A DNA stretch of 64,000 nt from Candidatus Dojkabacteria bacterium (GTDB lineage: Bacteria; Patescibacteriota; Dojkabacteria; JAOAGR01): positions 602,561 to 666,560 of the forward strand of contig AP026679.1 in assembly GCA_025999155.1 (NCBI GenBank), read 5' to 3'. The notes under the pieces were generated by a model. The model was not told the DNA's origin. It did no database searches and saw nothing but the letters and a program-made list of their open reading frames with translations. Positions 19,041-31,300 of this stretch are shown here, piece by piece (position 1 is the stretch's first letter; each line of letters begins with the position of its first letter). Position numbers and translations under genes: made by a program.

Positions 19041-21763
19041 CTATTTGTTCAGGCAATCTGTCGGAACTCTGAATATTAGCGCTTTACAAATTGAGAGACC
19101 TTTCTGTCTCACTGTCTGGAAGAGAACATAATACCCTGGGAAAAACACTATAACCATAATCAAACTGCTTAGTAGACCGAACACTATAGTAAAGGCTAAT
19201 CCTTCCCAGAATGGATCGGATAATGCGAGAGGTAGCAAACTACCTATTGTAGTCAACGAAGTAACTATTATTGGTCGTACTCTTGACGCGGTAGCTTCGG
19301 CGATAGCTTTGGATATATTCCCTCCATTTTCTTTGAGTAATGCATTTGCAGTATCAACAAGAATGATTGTATTGTTGACTACTATACCTGCTAAGGCAAG
19401 TATGCCGATCACCACAAAAAAGCTAATTGGATTGCCAGTCAAGTACAGGCCCGGGAACAGTAATGGGAAGGAGAATGGTATTGCCATGAATATCAGTATA
19501 GGTAGTGAGTACGACGAATACTGTGCGACGAGGTAAGCGTACATCACTAACAAAGCTATATACAGACCAACAATGGCTGAATCAAATGATTCTCGATTCC
19601 TACTTTCGGATCCTAAATCTCTGCCTATATCCTTATTAATATCCAGCCCAAGCTCTGTTAGTTCATCTTTCGTTTGTCTCAATAACCTTCTTTCTGGATC
19701 GTAGTGATGTCGTTGGTATCTACCTGGGTGTCGAACTTAGCTTCTACTGAAGCAATTCTTTGATTATTCTCACGATATATCGTATCAACATTTCTGACCA
19801 CTACCTCAGCTAACTCTACTTTTTCACCATCTCTGATTAGTGTATTCAAGACTTCTCTAGCGTCTCTTTGAGTTCGTTCGTTGCCCTTCTCAGAGTTTCA
19901 GTGTCGTCTGAATACACTTGAATCTTAAATGGAAATTGATCTCTTGGTGGTCCGGAAGAGACTTGTGAGACCGAGATCACAGAGTCCGGGATGTTTTTTA
20001 GCTCTTTCTCGATACTTTTTGCTAGTTCAGATGCGGTGACATCTCTTCTGATCAGACGGGGATAGCTCGACCGATCCCGTGGTCGATAGGATCGATCCTC
20101 TATATATAACTTTGTTGGATATCGGCCTGATAATTTTTCAAGGATGTTCGTTGACTGATTCTACAATTTGTTTTTGTTTGTCTATGCTTGGTAGGCCGAC
20201 AGGTTGTATCGAAATAGTAAGTTCGTCACCGTCTTCAGCAGCAGGAAATATTGAGAATTTTAACTGACTGGCAAAAGATGATCCTAAAACAATAAAAACT
20301 AAACTCACAATAAGCATTGTTGTGAGAAATATAGGTTTACGTACATATGCATATACAAACTTCCCAATGATTTCTCCTAATCTGATAACAAGACCTCCTG
20401 TTACGCTTAATAGATTTTCGATTCTATCAATAAAATTCTGATTTTCTGGTTTCTTTGGTTGTTTTAGTATTAATGATGCCAATCCGGGTACTAAAGTCAG
20501 GGCAAGCAATAAGGAAAGTATCAGTGTAGTAATAACAGTTATAGGAATAAGTCGTATAAAATCACCTAAAACACCACTTATGAAAAGCATTGGAATAAAG
20601 ACAAGGATGGTTGTAACTGATCCTGCTATTTTCGCAATTCCAATAGAGTTTATTGCTTTCTTCACGGATGCTATACGACCTAAGCCTTGAGATCTATATG
20701 TCTCGATAGCTTCTACTACAACAGTTCCATCATCAACAAACACACCAAGTACCAAAATCAAAGCGAACAAAGATATGATATTGAGAGAATTAACAGAAAA
20801 GTAGATATACAGTATCGAAGAAGCAATAACAATCACGACAAATGAAGCCAATACTACAGCGGATCTGATATTAATTAACAATGCCACGATTAGTAAAACG
20901 ATAATTACAGCTCCTACCGTATTAGATTCCAATGAACTTATCTGCTGACGTATTGTTGGGGCAAAGTCCTGTGTAATTTCTATATTGTAATCTTTAAATT
21001 CATCTTTTGATTTCAGTGAATCTATGCTTTTTTGTACTGCATCAGAGAATTTTATAGCATCGAGGGATTCTTTTTTTATTAATCCAATTGATATTGCTTC
21101 GTAAGAGTCTAATTGATCATTATTTAATTTTACTATTCTGGTGAATCTTTCTTGTACTGGTATTTCCTGATTAGTAAATGGGTTTACACGTTTTTGTATG
21201 GCTTTTATTACTTCCGCTTGGATTATTTCATCTGTTTTTGCTAGTTCTGATGCGATTTTATCAGCAGTACTTTGTAATTCTGCTAAATCCGCATCACTTT
21301 GGTATACGTTAACGATAACGTCATATTTATTGTCGAACTTTCCTATATTAGGAGTTTGAACCTCGTATTTAGCCCCGTCTGGTATTTTAACTTTTTCAGA
21401 AATTGCTTCTTTAATAGTAGTTTTTACAGCTTGTGGGGAAGATCCTTCATTGAGAGTAATCACTATTACAAAACCGTTATCAGTTGTAGTGGATGAGATT
21501 TTGTTGACCTCTTTTAACTCGGCTAGTTGTCTTTCTATAGGTCCAGAAAATTCTTTATCAACCTTGTATTTATCGTTAACTTGATAATTTCCATTAATAA
21601 TTAATATAGGATTCTGGATGCTTGGAAAGCCTTCTTTTCTTAGAAACTGGGTGTATGCAATCCAACCTAATGCAATTATTCCGACAAACAAAAGTAGGGT
21701 AAACCTAATATTTTTTACAAATGGAATACTTAGTTTTGTAATGAAATTATCTTTCGTTTTCAT
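19041..21763 (-). CDS. RND (AcrB/AcrD/AcrF family) permease, frameshifted between about 20140 and 19680
   Basis: EGFP.I after TM1, LGVFVDDGTVVVE, P.LFISGVLGDF, GIVVNNTIILVD, RVRPIIVTSLTT. Confidence 0.88.
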
Positions 21764-21808
21764 AGCAGTTACCTTGATCGTTCGTAGTCCATGTTAATAG
21801 GCCTCGGT

Positions 21809-21837
21809 ATTCTATCCCATATGGGATACTAAGTCAA
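21809..21837 (-). promoter_or_regulatory. Sigma70 promoter of the RND gene with embedded palindromic operator
   Basis: Minus strand TTGACT-17 nt-TAGAAT; perfect palindrome TATCCCATATGGGATA at 21813-21828. Confidence 0.75.
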
Positions 21838-21938
21838 CAAAGCCATTGTGAAACAGATTTCTTTATCTAATTAAAATTTAAGGATTCTACGTGTAGTTAA
21901 AAATTTTACTTTTATATTTATTGTTAATCTATTTATTG

Positions 21939-22581
21939 TTAATCTGAAATGACAGGATACTGCCTGATGTATCCAGGATTTATGAGCACATTCGTATATA
22001 AAATCGGCTATAAAATTTCTACTGCATTTCAAGGTTTGGCCTTTTGATCCAAGAGGACCTACAGCACGAGTACCTGTAGAACTTAAGCTGTGTTGTACTG
22101 GTGTGCGAACTATAGTCCAGTCTAGATCTGATGCCAAGAGCCTTTTTACCATCTCGATACCATCCTTGATACGGTGAGGGTCGATTAGTGCAGAGGGCCT
22201 TAGTTAGAATTCTATCTACCAATCTTGGTCTATCTCCATCAAGAAATATCCCCGAGCCTGTCAGACATATAATACGCTTGATGCCGTAGTGTCGCATTAC
22301 TTTAATTACCATCTGTTATTGAGCGTGTTTGTAGATCGGGTGGGGAGTCAATTTTGTGCCCTAAAGCACTTATAACGACGTCAGTATCTATAATTGTTTT
22401 ATTAATATCATTTTCATTTAAAGCATTACCTTTAATTAGTTTTAGATTTTGGTATTTGTTGAAGTCTAAAAGAGAATTTGGATTGCGAACTAATGCTTTT
22501 ACATCATGCCCGTTTTCCAGAAATTTTCTTAATATAAACTTACCGGATTTCCCAGATGCTCCTAGTATTGCAACTTCTCAT
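21939..22581 (-). CDS. NAD(P)-binding oxidoreductase (NAD_binding_10 / flavin reductase-like), frameshifted
   Basis: AILGASGKSG Rossmann motif, ISALG, SDLDWTIVR, SRNFIADF. Confidence 0.75.
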
Positions 22582-22613
22582 TGTGTAGACTACTTAAGTT
22601 TTATGTAAAGATA

Positions 22614-24052
22614 TCAATATTTTTAGCACTTTCATATAGCTTTAGGGCTTTTTGCCGCTCGACTCTCGTGATTCACAATAGGAAAAGGATAATCTTGACC
22701 TATTACGCACCGATACTTTGATTTGTAAATCTTTCGGCATTGTATAAGGTTCATGTATAAATTCCTTGGGTACGTGTGCTTAGCTCCGGAATGAATTGTC
22801 GAATAAATTTGCCTTCAGGGTCAAATTTCTGGCTTTGTAATACTGGGTTGAAAATTCTGAAATATGGTGATGCATCTGTGCCCGTGCCAGCAACCCATTG
22901 CCACCCTCCATTGTTTGATGTTTTATCCCAATCTATTAATTTTTCTTTGAAATGCCTTTCGCCTTCTTTCCAGTGTATATGCATATCTTTGCAGAGAAAA
23001 GATCCGACTATCATTCTCCCCCTATTATGTAGCCAACCTGTTTGATTCAAACAACGCATGCATGCGTCTACTATCGGATAACCAGTTTGTCCATTACACC
23101 AAGCTAAAAATTTATCTCTATCAAATTCCCAAGGGAAATTATTAAATTGACTATTAAAGTTTTCTGTTTCTACATGTGGGAAATATATGTTTATATATTT
23201 ATAGAATTCACGCCATATAATTTCGGATAAAAAAGTGTCTATCCCTTTATTTCGTCTGTTCATGAAACAAAATTTCACGATTTCGTATGGACTTATAGTC
23301 CCAAATTTTAGATGAGGCGATAATCTACTTGTACCATCAAAGTCAAGAAAATTACGGTTATTGTGATACCGTTCGATTTGATTTATTTTAAAATCATTCC
23401 ATACTTTTGATGCTTCATCTTCGCCTCCATGAAATTCATCGTTTTTTTGATTAATGACCAATCGATCAATTTCTACCAAGTTATCGAAACCCTTGAAAAT
23501 ATCATCGATAATGCTACTATCCACAAATATTTCTTTAATGTGATAATGAAAATCTAGGATTTGAAAGTTCGATTCTAGTTTCTGTAACCAAGCTTTTTTG
23601 AATGGAGTAAATACTTTAAATGGAGCATTGTTACTATTAAGCAAGTTATCTTCTTCATCAAACACAATAAGATTTTTTATCGCATAAACTTTACCATTGT
23701 TTTCTTCAATCAACTTACGTACTTCAACATCGCGTTTTTTTGCAAACTTTGTGTAGTCCTTAGAATAATATAGATTATCTATTTTATATCTGGTTAGTAT
23801 TTGACGAAATACATGTTTCGGGCTTCCTTCTAAAACTACTAGTGTAGAGTTATAGCGTTGCAGAGCTTTCTTAAGCGATACTAGACTTTCAATTAAAAAA
23901 GTTCTGCGAAAAGGAGATGTCTCTTCACTATGAAAAATTTTCGTATCTAGGATGTATATCGGAATGACCTTTAGAGATTGCTTATATACTGCTTCTAGGA
24001 CACGACTATAGCGCAATCTTAAATCATTACGAAACCAGACAAAATTCAGCAT
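22614..24052 (-). CDS. phrB: Deoxyribodipyrimidine photolyase (class I CPD), frameshift near 3' end
   Basis: WFRNDLRL, TSRLSPHLKFG, WREFY, TGYPIVDA, HNRGRM, NNGGWQW, RIFNP..Q..KFDP; tail DYPFPIVNH in another frame. Confidence 0.9.
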
Positions 24053-24067
24053 AAGCTATTTTCTGAG

Positions 24068-24475
24068 TTATTTGGCATCCAATTGTTTTTGGAGTTTCCT
24101 CAAAGCTCGTTTAAACATTCTCTTATGAGCTTTTTCCCGAGCCATAGCCACTTTAAATGCTTTGAGGGCAGTATCTTTATTTTTAGGATTTTCTGATTCA
24201 GCCTCTGCTATCATTGAAGGATACATTTCGTCAATTTCATCTTGCTCACCGTATACAGCGTCTTGTAGATTTTCTAAAGTTGATTTAACGAATCCCATTG
24301 CTTGAAGATGGGTGATTCCGTGTACGGTCTCTGCTCCAGCAGCTTCTTCGAAAAGTTGCGCAATTTCTGGATAGCCTTCCTCTAGTGCCTTTTGTGCAAA
24401 AGCCATGTACTTCAGTCTTGCAAAAGCCTCACCTTGTGCGGCTTTGAGTAGGTTTTCATTTGTCTTTGACATCAT
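24068..24475 (-). CDS. Rubrerythrin/erythrin-family diiron protein without rubredoxin domain
   Basis: T.ENL..A..GE..A..KY..FA..A.EEGY, E..H twice, GE..E...MYP. Confidence 0.85.
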   Translation of the reverse strand: MMSKTNENLLKAAQGEAFARLKYMAFAQKALEEGYPEIAQLFEEAAGAETVHGITHLQAMGFVKSTLENLQDAVYGEQDEIDEMYPSMIAEAESENPKNKDTALKAFKVAMAREKAHKRMFKRALRKLQKQLDAK

Positions 24476-24547
24476 TGAGAGTCTAACATTTTTTACGAAA
24501 TTTAGAAGCATGGATTGAAGTTGTGTTTTGATTGAAATTTATCTACT

Positions 24548-25450
24548 ATGAGATTCAATATTATGCAATCTAAAAACATTGTTAGGAAGGCTATAATACC
24601 AGTGGCAGGCTTTGGTACTCGCTTTTTACCGTATACTAAATCTATTCCAAAAGAAATGTTACCCATTATTGATAAACCGGTCGTGCAATTTGTAGTCGAA
24701 GAAGCGATAAGTGCAGGGATAGAAGATATCATTCTAGTCACTGGGCCAAACAAAAGGGCCATCGAAGATTATTTTGATTATTCGTATGAGCTAGAAAAAA
24801 GACTCATTGACTTTGGTAAGGAAAGTCTTATCCCAGATATTAATAAACCTGCTTCTCTAGCGAATTTTATCTATATTAGACAAAAAGGTCCTTATGGCAA
24901 TGCAATTCCTATTAAGGTTGCTAAAAAGTTAGTAGAAAATGAACCCTTTTTAGTTTTATGGGGCGATGAGTTTCTTTTGTGTGACGGTAAGACTCGTGCA
25001 CAACAAGTTGTTGAAGCATATGAGAAATTAAAAGCAAGTGTACTATGCGCTTTTGTATCTAATGATCCGGAAGATACTAAAAAATATGCCTTTGTTGACG
25101 GGTATGAAGTAGAACCTGGGGTTTGGAAGGTTAATAGATTAATTGAGAAACCTGGAGTTGGTAATGCTCCTACTAATATTGCAATTCCTTCGGGATATGT
25201 GCTTACACCTGATATATTTCCGATTTTAGATTCACAAAAGCCAGGCCTAGGAGGAGAATATTATTTATCTGAGGCTATAGATCAACTTGCAAAAAGCGGA
25301 GTGCCTGTCTATGCTGTTATAGTTGAATATAAGCGGTATTTTGATACAGGTGATAAACTAAAATACATGCAAGCTGTTATCGAGATGGCATTGCATGATC
25401 CTAATATCGGTGAGAATATACGTGAATATATTAAAACTATTCTAAAATAA
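24548..25450 (+). CDS. galU: UTP--glucose-1-phosphate uridylyltransferase
   Basis: KAIIPVAGFGTRFLP.TK.IPKEMLPIIDKP, IEKP, DTGDK. Confidence 0.93.
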   Translation: MRFNIMQSKNIVRKAIIPVAGFGTRFLPYTKSIPKEMLPIIDKPVVQFVVEEAISAGIEDIILVTGPNKRAIEDYFDYSYELEKRLIDFGKESLIPDINKPASLANFIYIRQKGPYGNAIPIKVAKKLVENEPFLVLWGDEFLLCDGKTRAQQVVEAYEKLKASVLCAFVSNDPEDTKKYAFVDGYEVEPGVWKVNRLIEKPGVGNAPTNIAIPSGYVLTPDIFPILDSQKPGLGGEYYLSEAIDQLAKSGVPVYAVIVEYKRYFDTGDKLKYMQAVIEMALHDPNIGENIREYIKTILK

Positions 25451-26281
25451 TCCGATATTGTCCGCATTAATGTTAATATTGTTTGGTGATGAGTACGATA
25501 TCTCTCTCACTGAATAATTAATACCGATTTCTAAAACTACCGGGCAATGGTCGCTTCCCATTTGGTTTGTCAAGTGGTAACAGTTTATTATGTATTTGTC
25601 AAGAGATTTGGATGCGAAAAAATAGTCTATCCTCCAGCCTACATTTCTCTCGCGAGCACGTGACTTAAGATCCCACCAAGTGTAATTTCCTCCATCACTA
25701 TTGAATTTTCTGAAACAATCTATAAATCCTGCATCTATAACTCTATCAATCCATTCTCTTTCTATCGGCATAAAACCAGATACGTTTATATTTTCTTTAG
25801 GCCTCGCTAGATCGATTTCCTTATGGGCTGTATTGACATCGCCACAAAAAATGACTGGTTTAATTTTCTCGTATGATTGGATAATTCTTAAAAATTCATC
25901 ATAAAATTCTAATTTGTACTTCAGTCTATTTTCTCCCATTCCACCATTCGGAAAATATACATTAAATAAGAAAAAATCCTGAAATTCTAAACAGATTACT
26001 CTCCCTTCATTTCTAAGTATCGGATTATCGTTTATTTCTTCGATTTTTATTGGCTGTATGTTGGTATAGACAGCAGTGCCGCTGTATCCTTTTTTGTTCT
26101 TTGCTGATGACCAGAACGAGATGTAGTTTTTGTATTCGATAATATTTTTTGGGAGTTGCTCCACAGATGCCTTAGTTTCTTGGAGGCACAGAACATTAGG
26201 CTGAGCTTGTTCAAAAAACTCGAAGAAACCTTTGTTTACTATCGCTCTTATTCCATTTACATTCCAAGTCATTAATTTCAT
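25442..26281 (-). CDS. xth: Exodeoxyribonuclease III / AP endonuclease
   Basis: WNVNGIRA, LQETK, GYSG, YFPNG, GDVNTAH, GWRIDY, SDHCPV. Confidence 0.95.
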   Translation of the reverse strand: MKLMTWNVNGIRAIVNKGFFEFFEQAQPNVLCLQETKASVEQLPKNIIEYKNYISFWSSAKNKKGYSGTAVYTNIQPIKIEEINDNPILRNEGRVICLEFQDFFLFNVYFPNGGMGENRLKYKLEFYDEFLRIIQSYEKIKPVIFCGDVNTAHKEIDLARPKENINVSGFMPIEREWIDRVIDAGFIDCFRKFNSDGGNYTWWDLKSRARERNVGWRIDYFFASKSLDKYIINCYHLTNQMGSDHCPVVLEIGINYSVREISYSSPNNININADNIGLF

Positions 26282-26381
26282 GATCGATTGTATCAGTATT
26301 AATACGTTAGTCGATATGTAAAATATTGACCAGACTTATGATAATTCACGATTTGAAGATTATATATCTGCTTGAATAATT

Positions 26382-27005
26382 ATGAAATTTCCTTTCTCGT
26401 TTTAGAGTTTTCACGTAAAGATCATAGAGTGAGCTATCTGGTTGTTCTGCTATGTAGTTTGTAAGTTTCTTTTCGTGGATGATTTTGTGAAGAATTGATG
26501 ACAACAAGAAGCCTACTATTTGCTATCAATATCACTAATAAGTCCTGTATGAGCTGTTTTGCTTTGATAAAGGTAAGTAGCCTGAATTGTTTTGTTTATG
26601 GATTTCAAGTATATATACAGAGTGTTTCAAATGAAAATCAGAATATCACATCCGATCTAGCATAATTTGTATCAAAAAATCGATCAGCACGAGGGCAATT
26701 ACACCAGGTTTTTAGTTATTGGATATCAAAAAGCCGCTCGTGCTGATGATAAGACTAGTATTACATTTAATTTGCATAATGGTATTTCCGATTTGCCTGA
26801 AATTTTGAGTTTGCTGAGTAAAAATAATATAAGGTTACTGAATATAATTCACGTCCAGTTCAATATAAAATTTTTGACTTTGTTTTTTTATAGATATTCA
26901 AGGACATATTGAAGATATGACGGTACAACGGTTTATCGACTCTATTAGTACAAAGGTAAGTCATCTGAAGTTACTTGGATCATATGAGGCTGCATGGCAT
27001 GATTA
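26382..27005 (+). pseudogene. Prephenate dehydratase/ACT-domain (PheA-like) gene, garbled; 5' boundary uncertain
   Basis: NYTRFLVIG, DKTSI.F, SRP and FFIDIQGH...LKLLGSY recovered across frames. Confidence 0.6.
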
Positions 27006-27090
27006 ATATTGATATAATGAGTTATTGCGGATTGACGTAGTGTTTTTTATCGACTATTTTGTTATTTGATTCAATGATGGTAATACGATT

Positions 27091-28197
27091 TTGTTTGATA
27101 ATATTGCAAAACAAATTCGTGCTATGGCTGATTTAGCTATCATTAAAAATAAAATTAGCAAAGAAGGGCTTGATGCTTTTCTTTTTAATTCTGAATCAAA
27201 TGTATTTTACTTATCGAAATTTTCTTCAACTTACGCGTTTATTGTAATCACCCCATCTAATCAATATTTTTTAACTGATGCAAGATACTATGAAAATGCC
27301 AAAGCAAAATTACAAGAATTTGAGGTAGTACAATTACAACAAGGAACGAAAGGGTTAAAGCTATTTTTGAATGATTTGGGTATTAAGACACTTGGATTTG
27401 AAAAGGATCGAGTTACATTAGACTTTTATGAAAATTTGAAAGAAGGTTTGCAAGCAGAACTTTTAGGTTATACGAAGTTTTTAGAAGAATTTAGGACTGT
27501 AAAAACCGAAGAAGAGATTCAAATCATTAGGACAGCTGTTCATAAAATAGATGATATTTATAGTGGTTTGATTGAATGGCTTAGAAGTAACGATATTAGT
27601 CGACTTACTGAGTCCATGGTGAGACGTAAGTTGGTCGATTTAATACTTCAAGAGGGAGGTTCTGGCGAAAGCTTTCCATCTATAGTTGCTACTGGAAGTA
27701 ATTCTGCAATTCCACATTGGGAGACAGCGGATCAGCACGTTTTGTCGGATGCTCCTTTATTGATAGATACGGGTTTGAAATATAAAGGGTATTGTAGTGA
27801 TTTTACCCGTACTATTTATTTTGGTAGCCCAACAAAACAATTTGAGGAAATTTATAAAATAGTAAAAGAAGCAAATATTGCAGCAACTTCATGTGTAAAA
27901 GCTGGTGTTAGCGTAAGCGAGATAGATTTGGCTGCTAGACACGTAATTGAGTCATATGGATATGGTCAGCATTTTATACACTCGACCGGGCACGGAATCG
28001 GTATTGACATTCATGAACACCCAAGAGTACACAAAGATGAAAATGCTGTTCTACCGGAAAATACTGTTATAACAATTGAACCGGGTATTTATATACCAGG
28101 TTATGGCGGTGTAAGATTAGAGAATGTTGTTGTCGTAAGGAAAGATAGTGCTGAGGTATTGACTCGGACTTCTCTAGATATTCTTACCATAAATTAA
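27091..28197 (+). CDS. Xaa-Pro dipeptidase/aminopeptidase P (M24B); start probably 27124
   Basis: LTDARY, SAIPH, YCSDFTRT, HSTGHGIG, TIEPGIY, GVRLE. Confidence 0.9.
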   Translation: MFDNIAKQIRAMADLAIIKNKISKEGLDAFLFNSESNVFYLSKFSSTYAFIVITPSNQYFLTDARYYENAKAKLQEFEVVQLQQGTKGLKLFLNDLGIKTLGFEKDRVTLDFYENLKEGLQAELLGYTKFLEEFRTVKTEEEIQIIRTAVHKIDDIYSGLIEWLRSNDISRLTESMVRRKLVDLILQEGGSGESFPSIVATGSNSAIPHWETADQHVLSDAPLLIDTGLKYKGYCSDFTRTIYFGSPTKQFEEIYKIVKEANIAATSCVKAGVSVSEIDLAARHVIESYGYGQHFIHSTGHGIGIDIHEHPRVHKDENAVLPENTVITIEPGIYIPGYGGVRLENVVVVRKDSAEVLTRTSLDILTIN

Positions 28198-28338
28198 TAT
28201 GCTGAATAAGTAGACCATTTTAAGACTTTTTTGTAAGAGAATATGTCAGGTTAGGGACTTATCGCTGTAAACAGTTATTTCACTGGTACTATCTAGTGAG
28301 ATTATCTTTAATTTAATAACTTAGAATATAATTTTCAG

Positions 28339-31300
28339 ATGCAAGATTTGTTTCTGCAAAAATACAATGAATTAAATGAGAATCAGAAAAAAGCTGTAGA
28401 TAAAATCTATGGACCTGTGCTTGTGTTAGCTGGCCCAGGTACTGGTAAGACACAAGTTTTAGCTTTGCGTATTGCAAATATTTTAAGACAAACCGGAGAT
28501 GATCCTAAATCTATTTTGTGCTTGACTTTCCAGGAGTCTTCAGTTTTTGCCATGCAAAAGAGGCTGGAAAAGTTTATTGGAGCAGCTGCGTATAAAGTAC
28601 AAATTAGTACGTTTCATTCATTTTGTTCTGAAATTATTCGTACTTTTCCCGAATTATTTGATTTTTCGGATAAAGTTGAGCCAGTAAAAGATATTGATAA
28701 ATTAAGTATTTTTGCTGATATTTTAGAAAGTGAGAGTTTGATTAGCTTGCAGATGCGTGGTGATAAATTAGGTTATTTTAAAGGAATTGCCGATGCTATC
28801 TCGAATCTTAAAAAAGAATTTATTTCCCCTAATCAGTTTTTAGAAATTATTCGAAGTTTTGAGGCATCTTTAGATTCAGATGCTTTGAAACGAGAACAAA
28901 AAAGACTTGAAAAACTTTACGATTTGCAAAAGTTTTATGTGAAGTACTTAGAGGTTATGCAAAACCGCAATCTTATCGATTTCGATGATATGATTTTTCG
29001 TGTAACTGAACAATTTTCTATCAATGAGTCATTAGTAAAATTTTTTCAAGAAAAATATTTGTATACTTTAGTTGATGAATTTCAAGATACAAATAACGCA
29101 CAATTAGAAGTACTAAAGGCTGTCGCTCGATTTGAATACCTCGATACTAATGTTTTTGCTGTAGGTGATGATGACCAAACTATTTTTAGGTTTCAAGGAG
29201 TAAATAGTAAAAATTTTGAGAGATTTTTAGAGCTATTCCCAAAGTCAGAAATCATTGTTTTACAGACTAATTATCGTTCAAAGCAGGAAATTATTGATGC
29301 CGCATCAAATTTGATCGCTAATAATCCGAATAGATTAGTAGATCATGAATTATTGAAATCACGTAATTTAAATAAAAATTTTACTTCGGGATACAAAAAT
29401 TCTGATTTTTCTGATGATATTGAGGTTCATATTTTTGAACATTCATTTCATGAAGATTATTGGATTGGGCAAAAAATTCTAGAATTATCAAAACAAGGGA
29501 TAAAATTGAATGACATTGCAATTATTGTGAGGAAAAACAATCAAATGCCGAATATCACGAAATTTCTTGATAGATTCGGTATACCGTATACTATAAAACG
29601 TTCGGAATCATTGTTGGCGAGTAAGTATATAAGGCATTTACTTTTGATTGTTGAAGTTATTGCTTCTGCAGATGCTTTGCAGGATGATAATAAGATGTGG
29701 CAGCTTCTTTCTTTAGAATATTTTGGGTTCAATGCTTTTGACGTATTAGAGCTTTTACACAAAGCAAAAAAAAGCAAGGTATCTATTTACGATTTTGTCG
29801 TTAACGATACTACAGATCAATACCTGTCCATTCGAGAATTAATACATAAACTTATTGCTTTGCAGAATTACGCTTTGAATAATTCTTTTGCCTTTACATT
29901 TGTCAAAATAATTCATACTTTGGAATTATTGAAATTTTTTGAGAAGTTACCGGATCCTTATGTAGAGTTAAACAAAATATCCTCCTTATATCAATATATT
30001 CAGTCACGAACTAATTTCTTGAAGAAATACTCTATACACGATTTTTTGACAGAGGTTAAGTTGATGGAAGATAGAGATATTCCTCTTCCTGTAGATCCTA
30101 TAGATATTGATTTAGACAATAAAGTCAATATCATTACTGCTCATTCAGCTAAAGGATTAGAGTTTCGTAAGGTATTTATATATCAAGCTGTAGAAAATAA
30201 ATGGGAGAAATATCGTGGTTTGAATACAGGCATAAAATTACCCCCTTTAAATACTCCTAGATTTACTGATGATACTGATAATACTGAAATAGACGAAAGA
30301 AGATTATTTTATGTTGCTGTAACAAGAGGGAAGGATAGTGTATATGTTACTTATTCAAAAAGATATTTTGACGCCGAAACCGGCGAAGTTGATACCGATG
30401 AGAAAACACCTTCACGCTTTATTAGTGAAATGAATGTATCTAAGCATATTGAACATACAGACTTGGTCCAAAAACACCTAGAAATTACTAAGTTATTACT
30501 TGAAGAGAATAGCCCTTTACAAATATCTGATCAAAATAAGTCATATTTACGTAAATTAATTACTCAAGATTTGAGCCTCTCAGCTACTCGAATAAATAAA
30601 TATCAGAAATGTCATTATAAATTTTTATTAGAAGATATTTATAAGGTGCCGGTTTATGACTCTGTACACGCGATTTTAGGGAATTTAGTACATGATGGTA
30701 TACGTTCCATGTATATCAAGAGGAATCATGGCAGATTAAATGATGATGCTTTATTTGAGATCATAAATTCACAAATTCAGAATTTACAACATAGATTAGA
30801 TTTAGGGATGATAATCGAGGAGCAAACAAGTTATGATGTTTTAAAGAATGATTTGGAAAAAAGTTTAAAAATTTACTACGAATATTTGTTACATAATCCT
30901 ATCAAATATTTACGATCAGAACAGTGGATCCGAGGTGTCATCGATGGAATCAAAATTATAGGTAGGATAGATTTATTAGCAGAAGATGACTATGGGCTAG
31001 TTGTTATAGATTTCAAAACCTCACAGAACATACCATCTATTTATGAATTTCTCGGTTTAGGAAAGAGGTCAGATAAAACCCATTTAAGACAAATACTGTT
31101 CTACAAACTGCTAATAGATTCGGCTATTAATCATGTCACTTTATTCAAGAATAAAAGTGTTAATCGTTTACGACTAGAATATATCGATATTAAAGCTGGC
31201 ACAGTTAAAGTTATTGAAGTGCCTACACAAGGGATTTTTGAATATAAATTACGATCTAATTCGAAGACGACTAAATTACATGACATTGATATGGAGATAA

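Noticed and set aside
21916-21945. 15-bp tandem duplication ATTTATTGTTAATCT x2
   Set aside because: Only two AT-rich copies, in an error-prone patch; no evidence of function
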